DNA of 27,892 nucleotides from a virus. Taxonomy: Duplodnaviria > Caudoviricetes. Every line of letters begins with the position of its first letter. Position 1 is the first letter of the stretch. The stretch covers positions 1 through 27,892 of the IMG/VR virus record IMGVR_UViG_3300031627_001261; one strand, written 5' to 3'. The notes beneath the pieces are model-generated. The model saw nothing but the letters and a program-made list of their open reading frames with translations. It did no database searches and was not told the DNA's origin. Position numbers and translations under genes: made by a program. Positions 17,258 through 25,044 of this stretch are shown here, in pieces.

Positions 17258-18421
17258 TTAAACTCCTTTATAAATTTCCATTGCTTCATCAATATACGGC
17301 TTAATATCTGACGTTACCTTATCTACACTAAGTTCTGCCACATCGTTTGAGTCAAAAGACGGAAAATATATTCTATAAAGTCTAGAACACTGTTCTTCTA
17401 TCTTTTGAGCTGCTCTCTTTCCAGCTTCGTCATTGTCCATTAGGCAAACCAAGGAGAGCGCTCCTGATTCGTCAAGTAAGTTTTTTTGATCGTTGTTAAA
17501 GGAGGTTCCAAATATCGCAACAACATTATGTATACCCGCTTCTGCAAGTCTCCAAGCATTTCCGGGAGACTCTACAAGTATTGCTACGCCGCTGTCAGAA
17601 ATAAAACTCCTAGCCTTCCAGTAATTATACAACCACTTTTCTTTCTGAAATCCTTTACTATGAAACCATTTAGGAAAATGATGACATTTCCTAATAGGAT
17701 TATGGTAGCTGCCACATTTATCGCACTGCGTAAAAACACTTCTACCTGTACACCCAACAATAAACTCATGTTCATTGTCATAGATAGGAACAACAGCTCT
17801 CTCGTACATGGGCTTTTCTGGATTGTCACAATAGCCGATATCATATTCTTCAAGAACTTCTCTAGAGAAACCTCTTTCTAAGTAGTAGTCGCAAGGTACT
17901 TCAACTCTTGATCTATATATTTCTCGCGTTATCTGAGATGTCTTTGCCCTAGAGGGGGATAATACATTCGCCATACCTCCAAATTTTAGTTTCTCTAGGC
18001 TGACATTCTCAGGAGTTAAGGCGTTTAGGTCTTGGTTTAGAAACTTAAGTAAGAACTCTACAGACTCACGAAATGAAGCCTCCTTGTCCCCCTCTTTCTC
18101 CCAGCTGTATCTAAATCTAGAGAGGCAACCCTTTATAAATCCTATGAATCCGTTTCCAAAGGTCTCTTCACATTGATGAGTTCTACACTTGTAGTGTATC
18201 TTGTAGTCCCCATTATAGTACAGATTAAGCGCTGTGTTATTGTCACCTCCATGAATTGGACAAACAGACTTAACAAGTATCTCATTCTTGTATGAGCTAC
18301 TTATACCAAAATGTTCATATATTTGATCTAGATGTTCTACGGCTATTTTGCAAAGTGCATTTATTTTTCCGTAGTCATAGTCATTATTTAAATGGAATGT
18401 CTTCTGAATTGTCATAATCAT
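17258..18421 (-). CDS. dnaG: DNA primase (CHC2 zinc finger + TOPRIM)
   Basis: CPIHGGDN...CRTHQC; YYLERGF; VVPIYD...VGCTGR; LYNY; ILVES; MDNDEAG. Confidence 0.9.
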   Translation of the reverse strand: MIMTIQKTFHLNNDYDYGKINALCKIAVEHLDQIYEHFGISSSYKNEILVKSVCPIHGGDNNTALNLYYNGDYKIHYKCRTHQCEETFGNGFIGFIKGCLSRFRYSWEKEGDKEASFRESVEFLLKFLNQDLNALTPENVSLEKLKFGGMANVLSPSRAKTSQITREIYRSRVEVPCDYYLERGFSREVLEEYDIGYCDNPEKPMYERAVVPIYDNEHEFIVGCTGRSVFTQCDKCGSYHNPIRKCHHFPKWFHSKGFQKEKWLYNYWKARSFISDSGVAILVESPGNAWRLAEAGIHNVVAIFGTSFNNDQKNLLDESGALSLVCLMDNDEAGKRAAQKIEEQCSRLYRIYFPSFDSNDVAELSVDKVTSDIKPYIDEAMEIYKGV

Positions 18422-19826
18422 CGTCTTCTTCTGTTACGCTCACAGAACTGTCAAGTTCAAAAGCTGTTTTTCCTTCGACTACCTTACCACAGTCTCCCTT
18501 GAGGGTTATGTTTATGTAGTCTCTATCTTCTAATCCTCTACCGTGACGTGCAATTACCGGAACTAATTTCCTGTTCCCATTTTCAATTCCATCCTTAGCA
18601 ATTTCTTCATCAGACTTGGTCTTGTAAATAGTAAAGTTAGAACAAAGCCAAATGATTCTATCAGACCCAGAGGCCGTATCAGTGGATTCTTTACTAATTC
18701 CATCACGATTCAATTGCACGAAGGAGAGAATGGGTATCTCGTATTTCAGGGAAAGGTTATGGAGAGCTGTCATCATAAATCCAAGAACCTGAAATTCCTT
18801 CATGTCTCCCTGTATTTCCGAGGAGTCCATTAATTTTAGATAGTCATAAATGATAACACAATCATTAGCTTTTCCTTTATCATTTAGTCCTACCACTCTA
18901 CTTATCCATCTCCTAACTATAGAAAGCTGTTCTTCAAATGAACACCCCCCTATTGACTTATAGTAGTACGGTAGCTCAGACACTTCTTCTGCCGCTTTTT
19001 TGACCTTAGCCTTCGTCAGCGGATTCTTTGCAAAAGACCCTGTCTCTATGTCGTTAATAGGGACCTCTGTCAGCATAGCCATTAGTCTATTCTGATGATC
19101 TTCTTTTCTCATTTCTGTGTCTAAGTTTAGAACTGGGATTCCTCTCTTGGCCATGTGAACGCCCATATTATCAGCAAGTAAAGTCTTTCCTATTTTAGGG
19201 CGTGCCCCGATGACATTAACAGTGCCCCTTCTCAGACCTCCTCCTATAGCAAAATCATAACGACGGAGACCTGTCGAGATTCCAATCTGATCTATGGGAT
19301 TTTCTGCCAGCTCATCCAAGTACTCTGATATATTATCAAACATCTGGATCGGAGATTCGTCTGTTCCAGAAACAAGGCTAGCGACCTCCACAACAGAATC
19401 CTCCGCTATACCTAATATTTTAGATATAGATTCGTCCCCTTTTATCTTCAGATATTTTTCTTTAGTAAGCTCTAACTGATCATACATCATCCTTGCTATT
19501 TCAAGCTTCTTTATTTTAGCCGCAAACTTCCTAACATTACTTAATAGGACAGGAAATTTCATAATGGAGGATAGATGCTGAACCTCCTGTGTATTAAAGA
19601 AAGAATCAAGACCTAGTTCTTTTGCTGCCGAAAGCATACTAGGCACATCTATTTCTGAAGAGTCATCCTTCTCTAATATATGCTTTACGCATGAAAAGAT
19701 TACAGTATTGGAATCGTCCGTAAATGCAGTTTCTGAAACAAGGTCTGCTACATCATGGTATGCCTCTGCTCCGTATCTGAACATTCCAGAAAGCACAGCT
19801 CGTTCTGCTGGTAAATCACTTAGCAT
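18384..19826 (-). CDS. dnaB: Replicative DNA helicase (DnaB/SF4)
   Basis: AERAVLS, GISTG, GARPKIGKT, DTEM, IIYDYLKL, FVQLNR, ARHG. Confidence 0.93.
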   Translation of the reverse strand: MLSDLPAERAVLSGMFRYGAEAYHDVADLVSETAFTDDSNTVIFSCVKHILEKDDSSEIDVPSMLSAAKELGLDSFFNTQEVQHLSSIMKFPVLLSNVRKFAAKIKKLEIARMMYDQLELTKEKYLKIKGDESISKILGIAEDSVVEVASLVSGTDESPIQMFDNISEYLDELAENPIDQIGISTGLRRYDFAIGGGLRRGTVNVIGARPKIGKTLLADNMGVHMAKRGIPVLNLDTEMRKEDHQNRLMAMLTEVPINDIETGSFAKNPLTKAKVKKAAEEVSELPYYYKSIGGCSFEEQLSIVRRWISRVVGLNDKGKANDCVIIYDYLKLMDSSEIQGDMKEFQVLGFMMTALHNLSLKYEIPILSFVQLNRDGISKESTDTASGSDRIIWLCSNFTIYKTKSDEEIAKDGIENGNRKLVPVIARHGRGLEDRDYINITLKGDCGKVVEGKTAFELDSSVSVTEEDDDYDNSEDIPFK

Positions 19827-19828
19827 AT

Positions 19829-20218
19829 TTATCTCCTACCTGTCAAGCAATCGTTACAAGTCCATCTTGCGGCGTTCTGCACCAAAGAAGGGACAATATT
19901 GAATTTATTAGAACACTTATCACATCTTACTTTCACCTTATTGGCAGGTGCTCTACCTCCTCTGAGCGGATTCAACTTTGACACCTTGTCCGTTTCTTCA
20001 GCTACCTTTAGTTCAGCCAACTCCGAATCCGAAAACTTCAGGCTTGAGTAAATCTCTTCAAACTTATTAGTTGAATCATTTACCTTCTTAGTATTCCCTG
20101 ATTTTCTTTTACCTCTTCCTCTTCTTCTTTTCTTATTGGGCGTATTTCCCAGAACTTCCTTGAGTTCCTCTTCGCTAAGTTGAGATAGCAATTCCATTAT
20201 TTTTTCTTTTTTATCCAT
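19829..20218 (-). CDS. Hypothetical protein with basic patch and C-terminal zinc ribbon
   Basis: KKRRRGRGKRK; CDKC...WTCNDC. Confidence 0.7.
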   Translation of the reverse strand: MDKKEKIMELLSQLSEEELKEVLGNTPNKKRRRGRGKRKSGNTKKVNDSTNKFEEIYSSLKFSDSELAELKVAEETDKVSKLNPLRGGRAPANKVKVRCDKCSNKFNIVPSLVQNAARWTCNDCLTGRR

Positions 20219-20699
20219 GATTATTGATCTTTGCCCTTTGTAGGTTTACAAATAAGTCGCTTAGGTTTTTAACTGAAGTAGCTAGATAAGTCAGCCTATC
20301 TGCCCTTTGTTGGGCATAGACTTTAATATGATTAACCTTTGAAGCGTATCCGTCTTCTTTAACTGCTTGATTATATTGACTATCCCAAGATCCAGAATAC
20401 TGACTTTCCCGTCCAGACACTATAGCTTTTATTGCTGAAGTGGCCCAGTTTACCCTAGATACCTCCCTGTTATAAGATCTCTGCAGATAAAAAGAGAAAC
20501 CCCCAAGTGATAGAGCTGCCTCTGCGCACTGTTCTACCGTCAGCTTTTCCATGTTCTGATGCGGCATATTCATATACTTTTTAACCGACTGGTCATGAAA
20601 GTCAGAAGAATAGTTAGGAAGTCCAAGCCTTCCTTCATACTCATCTAATATGGAATCTATTTTCTCTAGCCGTTCCTGTGCTGTATTTTGTAGAGCCAT
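20211..20699 (-). CDS. Hypothetical helical protein (possible recombination mediator, by position only)
   Basis: 162-aa mostly helical ORF between recA and dnaB. Confidence 0.6.
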   Translation of the reverse strand: MALQNTAQERLEKIDSILDEYEGRLGLPNYSSDFHDQSVKKYMNMPHQNMEKLTVEQCAEAALSLGGFSFYLQRSYNREVSRVNWATSAIKAIVSGRESQYSGSWDSQYNQAVKEDGYASKVNHIKVYAQQRADRLTYLATSVKNLSDLFVNLQRAKINNHG

Positions 20700-21082
20700 T
20701 GTTCTTGATCCTCATTATGTGGTAACTCTATGTATGTTATATTATTATACTCACACCATTCTTGTTTTCTACTATCTCTTTTCCTCTGATTGGTAAAATC
20801 TTGAGCAGATGTATGGAATAAGGTGTTAAACTTATAGTGTTGCTGTCCGTGTACTTCTACTACTAGCTTAAGGGTGTTGATATAAAAATCAAAAAAGAGC
20901 CTTTCATTTCTAGTAATTGGAACAGCGACTTCTTCTAAAATCTGAACCGTCGGGAATAGGTCAACAAGAATGTTTTTTGCCCTTAGGTGTAACTTCGAGC
21001 GCGGCCTTGTGTCATTTGCCTTTGTTACATATCCTTGCAGTCCCCAATTGTGGGTTTCATTATTGAGATCCCTTATCTTCAT
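20666..21082 (-). CDS. Vsr/DUF559-like endonuclease
   Basis: LFFDFYI..KLVVEVHGQQHY...RDSRKQEWCEYNNITYIEL. Confidence 0.8.
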   Translation of the reverse strand: MKIRDLNNETHNWGLQGYVTKANDTRPRSKLHLRAKNILVDLFPTVQILEEVAVPITRNERLFFDFYINTLKLVVEVHGQQHYKFNTLFHTSAQDFTNQRKRDSRKQEWCEYNNITYIELPHNEDQEQWLYKIQHRNG

Positions 21083-21444
21083 TCAAAATTATTTTCTTCC
21101 TCGTACATGATAGACACAGTGGGTGTTATGAGCGTGACTCTTTTTTGATGGAAGATATCTAATAAGTGTTCAGACAAGGCTTCAGCAAACGACTCTAGGT
21201 CTTCAATGTCAACCTTCAGTCTGGGGTAGTTTATAATTGCTATTTCCCAGCCATTTTCAACGTACTCTAACCCGCAGACAAAGGAGGTTCTAGTTAGTCT
21301 GATGGGAATCATCATATTGTAACTATCTTGAAACTTTCCTATCTCCGAGCTTAGTTTGCTCTCATAGAAAGGAACACCATTAGGCTCATAAAGAGAACCT
21401 ATATAAATCCTAAATTCGTATGTCTCTTTTGTTTTAGTCTTCAC
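21079..21444 (-). CDS. Phage hypothetical protein (INYPR motif)
   Basis: 121-aa ORF, GTG start overlapping recA stop; ENGWEIAIINYPR. Confidence 0.6.
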   Translation of the reverse strand: MKTKTKETYEFRIYIGSLYEPNGVPFYESKLSSEIGKFQDSYNMMIPIRLTRTSFVCGLEYVENGWEIAIINYPRLKVDIEDLESFAEALSEHLLDIFHQKRVTLITPTVSIMYEEENNFE

Positions 21445-22420
21445 TTCCTAACCCCACCATAGAAAAAACATCTTTCTCAAAAGCAACATACTCCTCTGGG
21501 TTGTCTTCTAGGTACTTGGCTAAGTTTGCTTTACCTTGAATCTTTTCCCCGTTAGGAAGCTTCAGCCACGAACCCGCTTTGTTTATAAGTCCGAAATCAA
21601 TCATCAAGTCGGCCATTTCCATTTCCTTCCATATTCCTCGCCCGTATCTAATGTGACTCTCTACCTTCTGCCCCGGAGGGCCTATGGCAGAGGTCGTGAT
21701 CTGCCAGTGTATTGTTTGACCAATCTGAGTGTCCCCTTGCATTAGGGGAACGGCGTGGCTCGCGTGTAGCTTTACGTCAACCTGATACTTCAATGCGTTC
21801 CCTGACTTTTCTACCTTTGTTTTTCCTCTTCCAAACTTTTGCATGTTAGCCATAAGGTGGGTTATTCCAACCACAGTCACCCGATTGATTGGGAGAACAT
21901 TAGAAATCCTTCTACAGAACTTAGCTAGTATTTTCTGTACGCTCATTACCTGATGGTCTGCAAGGTCTCCTGTCAACTCTGCTTCACTAGACAAGGCAGA
22001 GAAGGAGTCTACTACTGCCAAAGATCCGGGCTGAGTATGGACAATGTTATCAACAATACTAAGGTACTGTTCAGCGGATAAAATATTCCCCTCTGTAGAA
22101 CCAATAATCTGCATCTTTTCAGCCTCAAGGTCTAGATCTGTAATTCCTTCTAGGTCTCTTTTCTTTAGACGACCCTCAATATTTGCATAGTATATTTTCC
22201 TTTGGTAATGCCTTTGCGCATTTGCACAGAAGGTTAAGGCTGTAACGGTTTTTCCGACCTTTTCTGGACCCGTCATAATAAACAGAGATCCTTCAGGCAC
22301 TCCTCCACCTAGTGCGATATCCAGCTTAGGACCTACAGATAAGATTTCTAGTGGTCTTTCTGTTATTGAGGCTGGATCATGAAGTACGTTACCGTATTCT
22401 TTGATAATGTCTTTATTCAT
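21434..22420 (-). CDS. recA: RecA/UvsX-family recombinase
   Basis: LDIALGGGVPEG, Walker A GPEKVGKT, Walker B VVDSFSAL, SGNALKY, GLINKAGSW. Confidence 0.93.
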   Translation of the reverse strand: MNKDIIKEYGNVLHDPASITERPLEILSVGPKLDIALGGGVPEGSLFIMTGPEKVGKTVTALTFCANAQRHYQRKIYYANIEGRLKKRDLEGITDLDLEAEKMQIIGSTEGNILSAEQYLSIVDNIVHTQPGSLAVVDSFSALSSEAELTGDLADHQVMSVQKILAKFCRRISNVLPINRVTVVGITHLMANMQKFGRGKTKVEKSGNALKYQVDVKLHASHAVPLMQGDTQIGQTIHWQITTSAIGPPGQKVESHIRYGRGIWKEMEMADLMIDFGLINKAGSWLKLPNGEKIQGKANLAKYLEDNPEEYVAFEKDVFSMVGLGSED

Positions 22421-22847
22421 CTAAATCTCTTAGTCTAGAAATAATTGACTTTTGGGTATTGTTTGTCTTGTAACTAACCTCGTCTGACTCTTTAATATTA
22501 TACTCTGTATCCTTCGGAGTATCGATGCTCTGATCCTTTTTTTCCTTAATAATACGGATCAAGAAAGGAGACCTTAGAGAATAGGTATACCAACAACGCC
22601 TATCTCTGAGTGCCGCTATAACGACTTCTTCCCCGAAATCCTTGATGAGACTATTCGCCAGAATTATTTGGTACTTAAAATACTTTTCCCAATCCTTGTC
22701 TTCCCAGAATTTGCGTGGGAGATCCTTTTGATCCTGCCTAGCTTTGCTTTCGCAAATGAGCTCCGTTACATACTGAGAAGCCGACACCCACCCTCCGGGA
22801 GAATACCTAGAGGGGTATCTGCTCTTGTTACTTGAATTCTTAGCCAT
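22413..22847 (-). CDS. Hypothetical protein
   Basis: 144-aa ORF overlapping the recA start. Confidence 0.65.
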   Translation of the reverse strand: MAKNSSNKSRYPSRYSPGGWVSASQYVTELICESKARQDQKDLPRKFWEDKDWEKYFKYQIILANSLIKDFGEEVVIAALRDRRCWYTYSLRSPFLIRIIKEKKDQSIDTPKDTEYNIKESDEVSYKTNNTQKSIISRLRDLDE

Positions 22848-22848
22848 T

Positions 22849-23169
22849 TTATTCTTTTATATAATGAACATAAGCTGACTTCCCAGTTGTTTCTGGGGTA
22901 CCCTCTGATCTTGAACTGTCTGCCTTCTCTGAGGCAGCTTGGGTCATGATAGTAACACCATCCTTACCACTTGCAGTTTTACCTAACATTAGATTGTCTC
23001 CCACAACAGTTTGGCATTTTTCAATCTCTGCAAGATAGTCAACAACAAGCTCTTCGGCCCTACTTAAAGCCTCTGCTATTTTAGTTACATCTAGTCCGTT
23101 TTGAGACATACCCTGTATACTATACTTTTCGATGTCAGTAAGTTTTTTAGCGTTAGATAACTTCCCCAT
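22849..23169 (-). CDS. Hypothetical protein with N-terminal HTH-like motif
   Basis: Likely start MGKLSN at 23169 (TAATG overlap); LDVTKIAEALSRAEELV. Confidence 0.6.
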   Translation of the reverse strand: MGKLSNAKKLTDIEKYSIQGMSQNGLDVTKIAEALSRAEELVVDYLAEIEKCQTVVGDNLMLGKTASGKDGVTIMTQAASEKADSSRSEGTPETTGKSAYVHYIKE

Positions 23170-23549
23170 TACAATTCTCTTTCTGCATTGTTTAACCAAG
23201 CAATATTTTTAGTTTTCAAAAAATTAATGTAGTATTCAAATGTTTCTTTCTTAGACGACTTGTATATCCATTCTGGTATTCCGTGCCTTTGACGATGGGA
23301 CATTCCTTCTGAGTAAAGCCCTATGGGATTAAAGAGCCTACCATACCTACCTCTTTTAAGATAGTATTTTGATTTTCCACTGGGAAAGATAACTTCCTTT
23401 GCGAACGCTTCGGACTTATCTTTTTTTTCCGGAGATAAGCAGGGAAAACCATCCTCATCAAGAAAGTCCTCTCCAGATTTCATTGTGTATACCTTTACTA
23501 CCAAGTCTTCTTCTGTTAATTCCTCTTCATTGACCTTATTGGAAGTCAT
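23169..23549 (-). CDS. Hypothetical protein
   Basis: 126-aa ORF coupled on both sides; YYLK...LFNP...FEYYINFLKTKN. Confidence 0.65.
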   Translation of the reverse strand: MTSNKVNEEELTEEDLVVKVYTMKSGEDFLDEDGFPCLSPEKKDKSEAFAKEVIFPSGKSKYYLKRGRYGRLFNPIGLYSEGMSHRQRHGIPEWIYKSSKKETFEYYINFLKTKNIAWLNNAEREL

Positions 23550-23935
23550 TTCTTTCTCCTTTTAATGTGCCTTCTTTTTTTAGACGGCTCTTTTTTAGTC
23601 CACTGAGTCTTATCTTCCGAACTGTTAATTCTACTCATTCCGGCAGGTAGCTCTCCTCCTCCTTGTGTCTTTTTCGTTTTTTGAGATTGTATCATATCCT
23701 CGGTCTTATTTGTTCCGTGCTTCTTGGTTTGCTTATCTGCGTAGTGTCCTATAGTTTTTGTTTCGGAGAGAGAATAGGCATAGGCCCCATAGACATCGTC
23801 TTCCCCATAGTCACGATTCACTGACTTGACCTTTTTACAAGAAGGACAACTTCTTTTCTCCTTGTAGCTTGAGATCTTACAAAAAATAGACCACGCTTCA
23901 TTACAAGCTTCACACCTGTAGCTGTATTCTGGCAT
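23546..23935 (-). CDS. FmdB-family zinc-ribbon protein
   Basis: MPEYSYRCEAC...CPSC signature. Confidence 0.85.
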   Translation of the reverse strand: MPEYSYRCEACNEAWSIFCKISSYKEKRSCPSCKKVKSVNRDYGEDDVYGAYAYSLSETKTIGHYADKQTKKHGTNKTEDMIQSQKTKKTQGGGELPAGMSRINSSEDKTQWTKKEPSKKRRHIKRRKK

Positions 23936-23991
23936 TTTTACTGTGCCCTTTATGTTAGAATGTTCTTACTCAAGATATTCTACCACGAGAA

Positions 23992-24669
23992 CTATTGTCT
24001 TTTTGTATTCTCGTTCAATTTCCTTAGAATCTTTGCGATCACATCGCTACGAATGATATCGCAGTAATCGAGCTCGCAGACAGAAACTCCATCAACATCA
24101 TACAAGGCGTCCATACAGGTCAAAAGCCCACCACTCTCAATTCCTAGGTCAGATTGTTGTAGGTCTCCGTTTATTACGGCCTTGGAATTTCTACCTATGC
24201 GAGTTACAAACATTTTAATTTGTTCAAAGGTAGCATTTTGAGCTTCATCTAAGATCATGAAGCAGTCATGAAAGTTTCTTCCTCTCATATACTCAAGAGG
24301 GCATAACTCTATAGCGTTTGAATCCCTATATGCTTCTACATTATGCTGAAGTAGATACATATTCATTTCCTCTAGAATAGGAATTAAATAGGGGTTTATC
24401 TTTTCAATTAGAGTTCCCGGAAGGTGTCCTAGTCCTCTTCCCGATTCAACAACCGGCCTAGTTATAATTATCTTACTTACCCTTTTTTCGAGCAAGCACT
24501 CGCAAGCCAGACCAACAGCCATACTAGTCTTACCAGAACCCGCAGGTCCAGAGCAAAAGGTAACATCTGAAGTAGCCATACACGTTACGTATGTGGACTG
24601 ATTATCTGTTTTGGGTTTTAAAGTTCTTCGTCGTGCACTTTTGGGTGCTGGTTTCTTTCTACTAGCCAT
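23992..24669 (-). CDS. phoH: PhoH-family ATPase
   Basis: GPAGSGKT, IIITRP, LGHLPG, YMRGRNF, ILDEAQN, GDLQQSD. Confidence 0.95.
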   Translation of the reverse strand: MASRKKPAPKSARRRTLKPKTDNQSTYVTCMATSDVTFCSGPAGSGKTSMAVGLACECLLEKRVSKIIITRPVVESGRGLGHLPGTLIEKINPYLIPILEEMNMYLLQHNVEAYRDSNAIELCPLEYMRGRNFHDCFMILDEAQNATFEQIKMFVTRIGRNSKAVINGDLQQSDLGIESGGLLTCMDALYDVDGVSVCELDYCDIIRSDVIAKILRKLNENTKRQ

Positions 24670-24691
24670 ATAATTTCCTTATTTATCCATT

Positions 24692-25012
24692 CTAATATTT
24701 AATAGAGATTATCTTTTCCTTTTCTTCATCTAATGTTTTTTGTAGTGACTGCTGACATTCTGGGCAGTCTTTATAAAATCTATCAGCATGAGGAGACACA
24801 AAATGATGTACTCTTAAAATATCCGTATCTAACCTCTGTTGACCTGACATCAACAGGGCTAGACCTTGATATACCTTTGCTTTAAATTTTTCGTAATCCT
24901 CTTTAACTTCTAGAGCTTGGGACCCTGAGTCTTTAGTACAAAGGGTATACCCAACCACTAGGATTGCAGTAAGGTTTAACAACAACAAGAATGTTATTAG
25001 CTTATTGCTCAT
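24692..25012 (-). CDS. Small membrane-anchored protein
   Basis: N-terminal hydrophobic helix LITFLLLLNLTAILVVGYTL; later HH..H...CPEC; GGAG SD upstream. Confidence 0.7.
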   Translation of the reverse strand: MSNKLITFLLLLNLTAILVVGYTLCTKDSGSQALEVKEDYEKFKAKVYQGLALLMSGQQRLDTDILRVHHFVSPHADRFYKDCPECQQSLQKTLDEEKEKIISIKY

Positions 25013-25044
25013 CTATTCTCCATATATTAAGTGTTGCTTTTTTC

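Noticed and set aside
21247-21255. 9-nt match (CCAGCCATT) to the start of the putative TnpB guide
   Set aside because: Too short; compatible with chance in a window of this size.
24692-25012. c-type cytochrome or holin call for the membrane protein
   Set aside because: The motif is CPECQ, not CxxCH, and no endolysin is adjacent.
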